A stretch of DNA of 64,000 nt from a virus (Duplodnaviria; Caudoviricetes): IMG/VR virus record IMGVR_UViG_3300028887_000067, positions 32,001 through 96,000 of that record; one strand, given 5' to 3'. Below are positions 37,883 through 48,339 of this stretch, one piece after another (position 1 is the first letter of the stretch; every line of letters begins with the position of its first letter). The translations under genes and the position numbers were made by a program. The notes under the pieces were generated by a model that was given only the letters and a program-made list of their open reading frames with translations, did no database searches and was not told the DNA's origin.

Positions 37883-40800
37883 TCATCGGCCAAGGACATC
37901 GTTCGCTGACGTCATCCGGCCTTTTGTGATGAGCTTGAATATCTGCTCGTTCGTCAAGCCGGTCGTTCTAGCGTTGACCTGAACGTGCTCCTTGGTAAGG
38001 GAAGCCGTACGGATTCCGGCGAGCTGGGCATTAGACACCACCTTTTCATATATCGACTCATCGCCATCCTCCTCGTTGGCGCCCGCGCCACGGACGGTTC
38101 CATCGGTAGACCTAGGGGCCAGATCGTTGATGTCCTTCTGCTTGTAGATGTTGCGCAACTTATCAAAACTAATCAAGTCCTGCCCAGAAATCAGGCCAAA
38201 CTCATTCTCAAGCATATTCTCCATCGAGCGGTTCGGACTATCCTTGAACCTGTCGTACATCAGGTTGCCGCCGAATCCCTCGAACATCTCGCGAATCTTG
38301 TCGAACTCGTTCTTTATCTGGGTAGCCATGAGCGAATGGATCAACCTAGCGTCACCTCGCTCGACATTGCCTTCCCGGTCAAACCCCTCAACGAACGATT
38401 CCTCGCTGACCGTTTCCACCGGATAACCCATCTCAATAAGCTCCGCTTCAGTCTTGAATACGCCATCGAGCCAGATACCGCGAACCATATTCTGAACGCT
38501 GGCCTGCTTTTCGCCAAAGAAATTGCCCTTGGAATTCATATCATACACGGGAACAAGGTCGGTCGTCTTCATGTGCAGCTTTCCGTCCTTCACTGAAATC
38601 CACGCGCCGCCGTCGCCGACGGAATCGATATAGATCTTAGCGTCCGCATACAGGTTGCCAAGAACCTCCTGCACCATCGCCACATAATCCTCCGAGAACT
38701 TGGTGTCGACAATGTTGCGATACTTCTCGACGAAGTCGCCCGCGATAAGAGCCTTCGCCGCCGAGATACTACCAATCATTCCGTAATACATTATCAACTG
38801 CCTGTACGACTGGTCATTGAGCGATTTCCATTCGTTGATATTCGCCCTGTCGTCAAGGCCAGTGCCGTTGGCTCCCTGCTTAGCCTTCACAAGATTGACA
38901 AACTCGAGCACGTTGGCCAACACAAGGTTGTTCGGTACGACATAGTTGCGGATTTTCGACGGACTAACATAATGATGCCCGTTAATTACGATAGCGTTCT
39001 TGTAAGCGGAACCCTTGTTCAACACATAAGGAACGTTCCCCGACGGCGGATTGGAGTATACCATTCCCTTAGCATCAACGTCAACAAACCCAAGCGACGC
39101 GACAGGGTCTTCTTGGTTGAACATCGCGTCACGGAACTTAACCGCGTCCTTGTGCTCGACTCCTATCGGAAGGAACTCCCAATCGAAAATATTGGCACCC
39201 AACTTGAGACGACCGCACCACACGACATTCAGCGGCTTTCCGAATGCGCCATTACCGCAGGCAATCGTAAATCCTTCGGCGATGTCGATAAGTTTCTTCA
39301 TATCGTCGCTTCCGTCCTCGATTGGCATACCGGTCACGGCGTCATTAATGAGAATCTTGATAGCGAGACCATAGTTGTGCCATGACAGGAAAGCGCTCTC
39401 GGCACCGCCCGTACACATAAGTTCCTGGTCTTCAATCGAGCGAACCGTGTCGACCACCTCAACCTGGCCGACTCCATAGGCGTTACGCAAGATTCCAAGC
39501 AGTATTGACACGGCATCGTAAATTCCGAGCTGCGCCCGCATATCCCCGATTCGTTTCGAACTCGGCTTGAAAATCTTCCATCCATCGACCTTGTCTTCCT
39601 CGGCCGGGACCTCGCGAGTCACGCTCGCATACTTGTCCTGGTCAAAAGCGCCGTATGACTGGAAAGCCCAGCGACGAATTTCGCTGTCAAAAGGCAAGCT
39701 CGGCATACGATACTCAATCCTTACAGGAGTCAGGTCGTCGGACTTGCTAGTCGAGTCTAACGGCAAGTAAAGGCCATAGACAAAAACATTACTACCATCA
39801 GCAAGCGTCGAATTAGTAATTGTAAATTCGCTGACCGAACCGGAAATGGCCACGGGCACCTCGACTCCGTCGGCGTCATTCAAAACGAATTCGCCCGTCT
39901 TGAACTTAGTCATAGTGCCGATAGGTAGCTGTCCTTCCTCAACACCTTCCAGGTCGCCGTCGAACACGAGCGTGTCCCCATAGACGGTCGCTGGCTTTCC
40001 GATAGGAAAGAATTGTCTCGGTTCATCCGTATTCTGTGGATAAGCCGAATACACATCATTGTCAATGAAAGTAACCTCGGCCCAGCGCACTCCGATTGAC
40101 CGCTTCACCATCTTGTATCGGGTCTTAAAGAACCGCTTGTACTTAACCCGAACTTTCTTGTACATCAGTACAGGAACCATGAATCGTGCCGGCATAAAGA
40201 TATACGGGCACGGCAAGTCGCTCCTGTCGCCGACAAAAGAACGATTTTCGAACACGGATTCCCCGGAAAACGCCTGATACCACCTAATCTTGCGAATACA
40301 CGACATCAAGTCGTCATAGTCTTCCTTGGCTTCGCGAAGGTTGTATTTTTGTATAAGCAAGTAAGCCGGCCCAAGGAACCTTCCCTGGACATTAAGTATC
40401 GTATCAATCTCGTCGATAGCCTCGCCCATCACGTCGACGGCAAAATCAATACATCCGTCGATATCGGCATTAGGCAAATCACCCACGTTATCATAGGTCT
40501 CGTAAGACGGAACAAAGTCAAGGAAACTGATAACCTTTCCACCGGTAGAACAGGTATCCCAGTCAACAATCTCTATTTCCGTGGAGTCATCGAGCGTGGT
40601 GAAATAGTATACCCCGGTCGCGTCAATGGATGAAACCAACGACGAGATTTCCCTCATGACGATTTCTATGTAGGCGCGAGCCGTTCCCGTATACGGCAAC
40701 GACGTATATCCATTCTTGGCGGCGGTCACTATGTTGGCCGGGTCTTGAACAGCGTCAGTATCGTAGGCCGGGTTGTAAGCCATGATAGACATATCGGTCG

Positions 40801-42574
40801 ATACCGACTTACCATCAGCGTCGTTATAAGTCACGGTCAGACGATACGGCTCACCGGACGCCGCATCCTTGTCATAGTACCAACGGACATAACCCTCATC
40901 GCCTTCCTCCTTGTCAAACAGGTCGTTGTACAATCCGGTATAGTAATCGCACAGCATATCCTTAATTTCTGACACGGTTTTCTTTGAAGACGAAATGCTC
41001 CAATCATAATACGTAGATGACTGCACCGCATAACGGCAGGTCGAATAGAACAGGCCGGTTAGGGTACTCTGGTTCGGTATAAACGAGGCCGAATCATACA
41101 ATCCGATATGATACATCGATGGGTTCGATACCTCGGCGCCGAGATTGTACTTCACGGACCACCCGTAATCGCTGACCATGCGAACGCCGTGATTAAAATC
41201 CGGCGAAGCCGAATTATATGTCGGCATAGACAGGCGTTGCACATTATGGAACAAATGGTCAAGCAAGTTGGCACATGAAGCCACATCAAGTAGATAACGT
41301 TTAGGAATAGTCGTATCGGCAGGCTTGCGCAGTCGAAGGAGCTCGTTGTTCAGCTTCCTCTTCAAGGAAGACGACATGAACGAGCGGACACCCTTCACCG
41401 ACTTAATGCTACGATAAGTAGCGAAATACTTGTCATTAAACTCCTCGGCAAGAGTATCGGCGTGGTAATAAAATTTCTTGAACGCATCCGACACGTTAGG
41501 AATCACGGCGGTAACGTTCGATATGGTATTGCTGGTACCTTCTTCACTGACCACCGTCTCCTGTCCAACTAAATCCGGCAACGGATTCTCGTCACCACGA
41601 GCCTTGCACTTCGAAACAAAGTCATTCAGGTATGTGTAATAGTCGTCGAATTTCAATCGAGACGAACGAGGTATGTCCGTCTTGGTCCAGTCACCTTCGT
41701 CGATTACATTGCCATCTTCATCTCGGACCGGCTCGGCAAGGGAATCGTCATAGTAAGTGACCTTGATTCCCATATTGTTCTGTTCCAAGATTTCACCTAT
41801 TTCGGCGAGTTTCGACTTGAACGAATCGTAGCGCTCCACGCCAATCCAATTCTTCTTGGTCTGCCGGCTATACCATTTCCAGCCGTGATAACGTTCGCCG
41901 AACATACCGAGCGCACCCATCGCCCTACGCATATCCACGACACCAAAACGCAAATCCCAAGGATTCTGGTTGGTATCGGAAAAAGACGGGCTCGTTGGGT
42001 CTATCATAAGCATACCGGCGGTCGGCTTGTTTTCCGCCTTAGACACATTGGCAACATTCTGCAGACGAACCCTAGGAACGAAGGCAATAGTTATGTCGTT
42101 TACGGGACTACCCTTTCCGTCAGAAACTATGTAGATAGCATTGACAAACGGGCCAGCGGAAGCTCCATCCGACGCCTCGTAGGCCACCGCGCCAGCCGTC
42201 AACGTAACCGGCCCCATCGGTGCCCTAGATTCAGGAATACGGACCAGGCCGGCCTCCACCAGGATGTCGACCGGGCAAGCTTCAGCGATAACAAGGTCAC
42301 TACTCTCGGTACCCTGTACGGAAGAATAATTGATGCGAACCGTGGAATTGACATCGACCAAGGATGTAGCGTTCGCGTAACCGATGCCGCTGATCTTGTA
42401 CATGACATTGTTCGTCACATACTCGTTCATGCTAACATCGTCAGCGCTTCCGTCCTCGTTACCGGATTCCGAGCTGGCCGTGCTCTTCAGATCGATACCG
42501 CTGAGATCGAGATGTATCTCGGTCTTCACCGATTTCTCGGTGTAGAACTTCTCAAAATCGAATAAACCGGCCAT
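37883..42574 (-). CDS. Large virion protein with degenerate M15C peptidase domain (1563 aa)
   Basis: 'TVRSIEDQ...SWHNYGLAIKI...VVWCG'; TATAAACT at 42602-42609. Confidence 0.55.
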   Translation of the reverse strand: MAGLFDFEKFYTEKSVKTEIHLDLSGIDLKSTASSESGNEDGSADDVSMNEYVTNNVMYKISGIGYANATSLVDVNSTVRINYSSVQGTESSDLVIAEACPVDILVEAGLVRIPESRAPMGPVTLTAGAVAYEASDGASAGPFVNAIYIVSDGKGSPVNDITIAFVPRVRLQNVANVSKAENKPTAGMLMIDPTSPSFSDTNQNPWDLRFGVVDMRRAMGALGMFGERYHGWKWYSRQTKKNWIGVERYDSFKSKLAEIGEILEQNNMGIKVTYYDDSLAEPVRDEDGNVIDEGDWTKTDIPRSSRLKFDDYYTYLNDFVSKCKARGDENPLPDLVGQETVVSEEGTSNTISNVTAVIPNVSDAFKKFYYHADTLAEEFNDKYFATYRSIKSVKGVRSFMSSSLKRKLNNELLRLRKPADTTIPKRYLLDVASCANLLDHLFHNVQRLSMPTYNSASPDFNHGVRMVSDYGWSVKYNLGAEVSNPSMYHIGLYDSASFIPNQSTLTGLFYSTCRYAVQSSTYYDWSISSSKKTVSEIKDMLCDYYTGLYNDLFDKEEGDEGYVRWYYDKDAASGEPYRLTVTYNDADGKSVSTDMSIMAYNPAYDTDAVQDPANIVTAAKNGYTSLPYTGTARAYIEIVMREISSLVSSIDATGVYYFTTLDDSTEIEIVDWDTCSTGGKVISFLDFVPSYETYDNVGDLPNADIDGCIDFAVDVMGEAIDEIDTILNVQGRFLGPAYLLIQKYNLREAKEDYDDLMSCIRKIRWYQAFSGESVFENRSFVGDRSDLPCPYIFMPARFMVPVLMYKKVRVKYKRFFKTRYKMVKRSIGVRWAEVTFIDNDVYSAYPQNTDEPRQFFPIGKPATVYGDTLVFDGDLEGVEEGQLPIGTMTKFKTGEFVLNDADGVEVPVAISGSVSEFTITNSTLADGSNVFVYGLYLPLDSTSKSDDLTPVRIEYRMPSLPFDSEIRRWAFQSYGAFDQDKYASVTREVPAEEDKVDGWKIFKPSSKRIGDMRAQLGIYDAVSILLGILRNAYGVGQVEVVDTVRSIEDQELMCTGGAESAFLSWHNYGLAIKILINDAVTGMPIEDGSDDMKKLIDIAEGFTIACGNGAFGKPLNVVWCGRLKLGANIFDWEFLPIGVEHKDAVKFRDAMFNQEDPVASLGFVDVDAKGMVYSNPPSGNVPYVLNKGSAYKNAIVINGHHYVSPSKIRNYVVPNNLVLANVLEFVNLVKAKQGANGTGLDDRANINEWKSLNDQSYRQLIMYYGMIGSISAAKALIAGDFVEKYRNIVDTKFSEDYVAMVQEVLGNLYADAKIYIDSVGDGGAWISVKDGKLHMKTTDLVPVYDMNSKGNFFGEKQASVQNMVRGIWLDGVFKTEAELIEMGYPVETVSEESFVEGFDREGNVERGDARLIHSLMATQIKNEFDKIREMFEGFGGNLMYDRFKDSPNRSMENMLENEFGLISGQDLISFDKLRNIYKQKDINDLAPRSTDGTVRGAGANEEDGDESIYEKVVSNAQLAGIRTASLTKEHVQVNARTTGLTNEQIFKLITKGRMTSANDVLGR

Positions 42575-42617
42575 GAATCCACCAATTTCAACTACTTCCG
42601 CAGTTTATAAGGTTTTA

Positions 42618-44888
42618 TCAGGCCACCTTGTTGCGGACAGGCTTCGGTTCACCCAATCGTGAATACATGCCGTTATAGGAAACTTCCAACTCGTAGTCGA
42701 ACTTGTCGGCCACGACCTTGCCACGGTGGGTAATCACCACGGCGCAACCGATATCGGCCATCATCAGCTTGGCAAGGTCGAGCATATCGCGCATAGCCGA
42801 ATCGTCGGTCGAAATATCGAGCACTTCGTCCAAGGACAGGAAGTTCACATTGAAATCGCCAACCAGCGACACGAAATCACGGAAAGCCATCGATACAATG
42901 AAGCCCATCCTGCGCTTCTGACCCTGCGAAAGCATCGTGTAGTTCGGGGAGAGTCCAGGCATCGTCTCAAACTTGTACGACATAGAGTCGTCGAACTTGA
43001 GCGAGAAGGGCAAGCCGGCCTTGGCCATATTACGAGCAACGGTCTGGTTAAATACAGGAACAAACTGGCCGAACACCATCTGCTTCATTCCGTCATCCGC
43101 GCAGATCTTCGTGATAGCGTTGCATAGAGCCAAGGTGTCAGACGCTTCAGACCGCCTTTTCTCGGCAGCAACCAGCATTTCCTTGTTCTTCTTGATCTTC
43201 TGCTCCATCACAGCAATCGAGTTATCGTCAGCCGACTCCGCCCTCTCGATATCTGCGGTCAACTTGTTCAATGCCACTTCGAGCTGCCTGATTTCCCCAT
43301 CAATAGTCGAATACTTGGACACTTCCTCGTTCAGTTCCTCACTGACCGACGAATATTCCTCACGGATGGCAGGGAACGTCTCCTTCTGCTTCTTCAGGGC
43401 GTCCAGCTCCTTGGCAATCTCACCGGCGTCCCGTCCGTCAATCTGTTCCTGGTACTTCGTTTCCGTCATCAGCGCGGCATTAAACTGCGCCTGCATAGGC
43501 TTGAACTTGGTATTGTCGACGTCGTTGATATGACGCACCTCGGCGTCAATCTTATCGATTTCCTCGGTCTTGGCAGCCACCTTCTCCTCGAGGTCGGAAA
43601 CTTCCTTGTCGTAGACGTCAAGGGAAGATTTCAACTCCTTGACTTCCTGATTCAAGGACTTCCACTTGACCCGCAATACTTCCTTGTGTTCCTTGACATC
43701 CTCCTCCGTGGTTACGTGACCGCAAGTAGGACAGGGCTGTCCGGCAACAAATTTCTGCGCGTCATTGGTGACAGCGTCACGCTCGGCAGACTTCAGACGG
43801 AGCGTTACAGAACAATCATCCCGCACCCGCTCCTTGTCTCGCAAATCCTTTGTCAGCTTAGTAAGCTCACCCTTGGCATTCGCCCGATCGTTGTTCAAAG
43901 TTTCCCGTCGTTTAAACATCGGGTCGAGCGACTTGGACAACTCTGCAAGAGCCGCCTTCTTTTCTTCGGTATTCTTTTTTGCTTCGTCCAGCAACGAGAA
44001 CGCGGTAATGTCCTGCGAAAGCTCGCCAATGCGACGATCGATGTTGCGCTCCTCGCCCAGCTTTGCGCTGATAGACTTCATCTTGGTACGAAGCTTGGTT
44101 ACAGCCTTCCCGACCTCGTCAAGCTGACCTTTCTTGACCTTGATATCGGAGTCCATCTGGGTGGCATTGTCCTTCATCTGCTGCAGGTTATGGACCTGCT
44201 CTCGCTTCATCTTATCGTGAATAGCACTCAACTCGTTGATTTCGTTAGTCAGCTGCGAAATATCGGATTCAGAAATACTGAACTCGAGCTGGGCCTCAGA
44301 CGCACGCTTGTTGTTAGCCTTCTTCCACTTATCCAAAGACAGAGAAATTATCGACTCAAGCAGCTCGCGCTTTTTGGCGGCCGGCAACATAAAAAACGGC
44401 TGGGTCTCCTGGGTGTTCATCGCGATGACGTTCTTGAACAAAACATCGTTAAACCGAAGGATATTCTCCTCGAAATCCTTCTGAGTAAAACCAGCACGCT
44501 TGTTCTGCACAATCCATTCGGCCCCCTCGTACTTCTCGAGGGTAAACTTGATATCCGACTTCGCCCCCGAAATAGTCCTGGTGATGCGGTAGTGCTCGTC
44601 TTCGGCCGGCGGATTGGAAATGTCGAAAAGTAGCTCCACCACGGTAGGAGGAGCCTCACCCGGACGTTTCGGGTTATAGTTCTTCGAGTTACGGAGGTCT
44701 TCCTTCGTACCACCGCGATAAGACTTACCGAGCAAGGCAAACGTCATAGCCTCGACTATGGTAGACTTACCGAAACCATTGTCACCATGGACCCAAGTGA
44801 GACCATCAGAAAAAGTAAACTTGTTCAAGTTCGCCCCATAGCTCATAAAGTTACGAAACGACACTTCCTTGAAAATCAGCTTGTGCAT
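42618..44888 (-). CDS. gp46: Rad50/SbcC-like recombination ATPase gp46
   Basis: 'FRNFMSYG', Walker A GDNGFGKST, CPTC zinc hook, signature 'LSQGQKRR', Walker B 'LSLDEVLD', 'VITH'. Confidence 0.92.
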   Translation of the reverse strand: MHKLIFKEVSFRNFMSYGANLNKFTFSDGLTWVHGDNGFGKSTIVEAMTFALLGKSYRGGTKEDLRNSKNYNPKRPGEAPPTVVELLFDISNPPAEDEHYRITRTISGAKSDIKFTLEKYEGAEWIVQNKRAGFTQKDFEENILRFNDVLFKNVIAMNTQETQPFFMLPAAKKRELLESIISLSLDKWKKANNKRASEAQLEFSISESDISQLTNEINELSAIHDKMKREQVHNLQQMKDNATQMDSDIKVKKGQLDEVGKAVTKLRTKMKSISAKLGEERNIDRRIGELSQDITAFSLLDEAKKNTEEKKAALAELSKSLDPMFKRRETLNNDRANAKGELTKLTKDLRDKERVRDDCSVTLRLKSAERDAVTNDAQKFVAGQPCPTCGHVTTEEDVKEHKEVLRVKWKSLNQEVKELKSSLDVYDKEVSDLEEKVAAKTEEIDKIDAEVRHINDVDNTKFKPMQAQFNAALMTETKYQEQIDGRDAGEIAKELDALKKQKETFPAIREEYSSVSEELNEEVSKYSTIDGEIRQLEVALNKLTADIERAESADDNSIAVMEQKIKKNKEMLVAAEKRRSEASDTLALCNAITKICADDGMKQMVFGQFVPVFNQTVARNMAKAGLPFSLKFDDSMSYKFETMPGLSPNYTMLSQGQKRRMGFIVSMAFRDFVSLVGDFNVNFLSLDEVLDISTDDSAMRDMLDLAKLMMADIGCAVVITHRGKVVADKFDYELEVSYNGMYSRLGEPKPVRNKVA

Positions 44889-44912
44889 AGTACACCCTAA
44901 AAGAATACCACC

Positions 44913-44941
44913 AATTTAACACATTGGTGGTTGAATTGCAA
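44913..44941 (-). promoter_or_regulatory. Sigma70-type promoter TTGCAA-N17-TAAATT overlapped by a 9-bp inverted repeat
   Basis: 17-nt spacer, TG-extended -10; ACCACCAAT-N7-ATTGGTGGT at 44907-44931. Confidence 0.6.
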
Positions 44942-44960
44942 ATCGACAGTTTTATACCGA

Positions 44961-46610
44961 TTATTTATCGGTGAACGCGCTCAAATCGATAGAATTGAGC
45001 AAATTGGCGTCCTCCTCGTCAAGATCTGTGTCAAGCGCCTTGTCCAGTTCGACCCGTTCAGAACCCTGTTCCGGGGATGATGCCGTACATTCCTTCACAA
45101 GATTTCGAAGCTCGGCCATGTCCTCAGCCTTGACGACAGGAGGCGCCTCCAACTCCTTCTTGGCAGCTTCCTTCTCGGCCTTCTTCTTGTCGCGATACTT
45201 TTTGCGAGTTTCACGGGCCCGCTTTCGCTTCGCGTCATCCTTGTCCTCGATTTTCTGCTGCTCCTCGGTAGTCTGCTTTGTCGCAGAAACGCTCTCGTCA
45301 TAACTGCTAGTCAGGGCAACGATATCTTCGTTGGCGACTACTTTTTCGGCGGCCTTCTGTTCCTGGATGTCCTCCGGAGTGGGCTCATCGATTATAAGCT
45401 CCTGCAGAGTCATGCCGTGTTCCCTGTCGTACCCCTCAATATCGAGCACCTTGAGGCAACGCTTCATATTGTCGAGGGCGTATCCGCCAACACCAAGCTC
45501 CGTCATGAAGTTCGTGTTCGTATTGTTCGGATTCTTCATCATATCGTACAGCTTACGATAGGCAGGCGACGACTCGATAATCATTCGACGCTCGCGGTCA
45601 TATAGACGACGTATGGTCGCCTTGTGCTCATCGGTTGGCTGGTACGAATTGTTGCAGATATATCCAACGACCTCGTCATAGGTACGACCGTTAAGGATAG
45701 CTGAATCAATCCTCGCCAACGGTACCGGAAGCTCAGCCTCCGCTATTTCCTCGGGCGTCAGCTGACGGGCAGTCGGGTCGACCTGTTCGACTTCCATAGA
45801 ATCCTTGGCGAACATCTCCTCGGCGGTCGGATTCACCGGAATACGCAACAGCAACTCACGGGCCTGTTGCATCGAATTGTCCTCCACCTCGTAGCCTTCC
45901 GGCTTCATGCTCTCGTCGCCACCCATCTCAGACAGGGACTTCAAGGCATACTTGTAAACACGCAATGGGTACGCCGTCGGCTCGAACCGGTCACTCTCCA
46001 GATAGGCAAGGAACGTATTTGAATTTAGCAGCTCCCCACGAGTATTAGTCCAGTTAGAAGTAGCCGGGATAACCGGATTGATTAAAGGAACCGTCTTATT
46101 GTCGCGAACGAAGAACATCGTGACGGACATATTCGGGGTCTTCGGGTGCGGGTTAACCTTACCCTGCGGGTTCTTACGACAATGCTGAAAACAATCTATC
46201 AGCGTACCGACACGACTGTTGATAGGCTTCGCCGAAGACAGATACTTCACGTAAATGGAAACGGCCTCGCTCTTCACCAACTCCATGTAATGGTGCAAGC
46301 TGCGGAACTTGCTATAATCAAGCCACAGATACTCGTCATCGTCAAGACACACGGCCCAGCACGGAACCGTACGGCGATCGACATAGGCTTGAATCATCCG
46401 ACGCTTGAACTTCCAGTCATCGTTACGAGGAACAAATGTCACGTGTTCGCGATAGCGGTCTACGATGCCGTCCAGCCAAGAACGGCACCCCGTGTCAAAC
46501 ACAAATATGCGGTCAAACCCCATGGCGATGTGATATTCGAGCCACTCGACAAAATCCTGCGGGTTTTCAGTAGTCACCCGAACTAGGCAGTTAATGAAAA
46601 TTTGAGCCAT
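44961..46610 (-). CDS. GT-A fold glycosyltransferase (GT2/GT92-like) with charged C-terminal extension
   Basis: 'EWLEYHIAMGFDRIFVFD' and DxD motif 'WAVCLDDDEYL'. Confidence 0.7.
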   Translation of the reverse strand: MAQIFINCLVRVTTENPQDFVEWLEYHIAMGFDRIFVFDTGCRSWLDGIVDRYREHVTFVPRNDDWKFKRRMIQAYVDRRTVPCWAVCLDDDEYLWLDYSKFRSLHHYMELVKSEAVSIYVKYLSSAKPINSRVGTLIDCFQHCRKNPQGKVNPHPKTPNMSVTMFFVRDNKTVPLINPVIPATSNWTNTRGELLNSNTFLAYLESDRFEPTAYPLRVYKYALKSLSEMGGDESMKPEGYEVEDNSMQQARELLLRIPVNPTAEEMFAKDSMEVEQVDPTARQLTPEEIAEAELPVPLARIDSAILNGRTYDEVVGYICNNSYQPTDEHKATIRRLYDRERRMIIESSPAYRKLYDMMKNPNNTNTNFMTELGVGGYALDNMKRCLKVLDIEGYDREHGMTLQELIIDEPTPEDIQEQKAAEKVVANEDIVALTSSYDESVSATKQTTEEQQKIEDKDDAKRKRARETRKKYRDKKKAEKEAAKKELEAPPVVKAEDMAELRNLVKECTASSPEQGSERVELDKALDTDLDEEDANLLNSIDLSAFTDK

Positions 46611-46636
46611 TATTAAACCTCATGCGCTAAATTACA

Positions 46637-47998
46637 TCAGATCGCATCGATATTGAACTCGGGGGCGGCGAACATACCACTCAAGCCAGATATTCCGAGC
46701 GTAGACCCGTTGCCGTTGATAAGCTGAGCATTGGTCTCCGCCTCGTTCTGTACAAGGATATCGCCCTTGAAATTTTCCGGCGACGCGCAATCCCGGTTTA
46801 CCGTACAGAAAAAGCCGAACTGTTGCAATGTCTTGTAATAGTCGGTCTTGCTCTCCGGAATTCCCCACTCGGCAGTCTGTTCCCAGTCGACGGCGCGTTC
46901 GGGAGCCGGCTGACTGACGATATCTTCAACTTCCCTCGCGATATCAGGCGGAATCCACGACAGGTCTATGAGCGTCCTATTGCGGAGATACTGGCCATCC
47001 CATCCATTCGCCTTGGCGACGGCATAAATATTCGGGCAGTTTTCCAGAAGCTGAACCGCAGCCTTTTCGGATATCAGTGTTTCCTTGGACGGATTGTAAT
47101 CGCCACTCTTCGGGTCTACAAACGCCATTCCACGGATATTGTCCGACGTATCGCCGGCCAATACCTTGGCCGCAAGATACTGTTGCGGATAGGCGCACTT
47201 CACGAACGTGTTGGTCGTGTGGTTGAAAATCTTCACACCAGGTATATCGATCTGCGACATATCGGAGTCACGCGTGACAACAATGACATCGTCGTAGTCG
47301 GCGGCATACTTTTTGACCGACGCATATATCATGTCGTCGCCCTCGGCTACCTCGCACCGGACCGCCTTGGCACGGAAAAACGGCGCGAGCTTCATCGCAT
47401 ACTGGTCTTTGTACTCCTGCCAGTACTTCTTGTCGACAGAAAATTCCCAAATCGAAGCGGCACGCTTTCCCTTATAAGACGGCAGAATAGGAGTACCTGT
47501 GGTCGTCTTGATACTCCAGAGCATATCACGCTTTTCCTTCGGCAACTGCTCCAGCTTCCGATGCTTCAACGACTCATACAAGGCCTTCTGTTTCAGCGGA
47601 ATCTTTACCACGTCGTATTCGTCATCACCTTCCTTCGTCACCTTGAATGTGTAGTTATCGCTATTGACGTAATAACTAGTCGCATCGTAATACACGGTAG
47701 CGTTACGCTCGTAGTAGTCACGGACGAAATTTCGGCGCCACGCCTTCTTGCCCTCAAGACACAGAATGATATCCATCGGATTGAACAGCTTGACGTAGTC
47801 GAGCAAGCGGTTGAACATCTTAGTCCGCCAGACGATCATCTCGTCTTCCTCGGGCAGCATACTACCGAGCCTTTGACGGCTAGACTTAGTCTTCATTGAC
47901 CAAAGCTGGTGATATGACAGGGATGCCCAGTCGATTACCAGCAATCGCTTATCCTTATACGGATAGCTCTTTACAGGAGGTTCCTTAAAATCCATCAT
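46637..47998 (-). CDS. rnh: T4 RNase H-like 5'-3' exonuclease / flap endonuclease
   Basis: 'LVIDW', 'YKGKR', 'AEGDDMI', 'TRDSDMSQ', 'LAGDTSDNIRG'. Confidence 0.88.
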   Translation of the reverse strand: MMDFKEPPVKSYPYKDKRLLVIDWASLSYHQLWSMKTKSSRQRLGSMLPEEDEMIVWRTKMFNRLLDYVKLFNPMDIILCLEGKKAWRRNFVRDYYERNATVYYDATSYYVNSDNYTFKVTKEGDDEYDVVKIPLKQKALYESLKHRKLEQLPKEKRDMLWSIKTTTGTPILPSYKGKRAASIWEFSVDKKYWQEYKDQYAMKLAPFFRAKAVRCEVAEGDDMIYASVKKYAADYDDVIVVTRDSDMSQIDIPGVKIFNHTTNTFVKCAYPQQYLAAKVLAGDTSDNIRGMAFVDPKSGDYNPSKETLISEKAAVQLLENCPNIYAVAKANGWDGQYLRNRTLIDLSWIPPDIAREVEDIVSQPAPERAVDWEQTAEWGIPESKTDYYKTLQQFGFFCTVNRDCASPENFKGDILVQNEAETNAQLINGNGSTLGISGLSGMFAAPEFNIDAI

Positions 47999-48339
47999 TT
48001 CCTCGAATAGCTTCTTGCCAGCGCATCTTCATCAAACATATTTTCAATATTGACCTGGTGCATATTGATTACATAGCCGTTTTTATAATCGAACTCGGGA
48101 TCTTTCGGATTCAACACCCGAATCCCATGCTGAACGCACTGATCAGCCAACCAGCCCAAATCGATACTGCTACCGATAACAATGCTATCAAACCCAACCG
48201 GATCACCCTTACCGGCAAACTGCAGTACACGATGTTCCAAAGTGAAGTACGTAAAGAACGTGCGTTGTTCTTCCGACTCATTTTCTATCGATTGGATTGT
48301 CGTTTCGGATACTGGTTCTGTAGTCATAAGATATCTCAC
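47995..48339 (-). CDS. Hypothetical protein (114 aa)
   Basis: 4-nt overlaps with both neighbours. Confidence 0.6.
   Translation of the reverse strand: MRYLMTTEPVSETTIQSIENESEEQRTFFTYFTLEHRVLQFAGKGDPVGFDSIVIGSSIDLGWLADQCVQHGIRVLNPKDPEFDYKNGYVINMHQVNIENMFDEDALARSYSRK

Noticed and set aside
44948-44956. TATAAAACT upstream of gp46 as a late promoter
   Set aside because: Has an extra A, and a better sigma70-type promoter lies closer to the gene.
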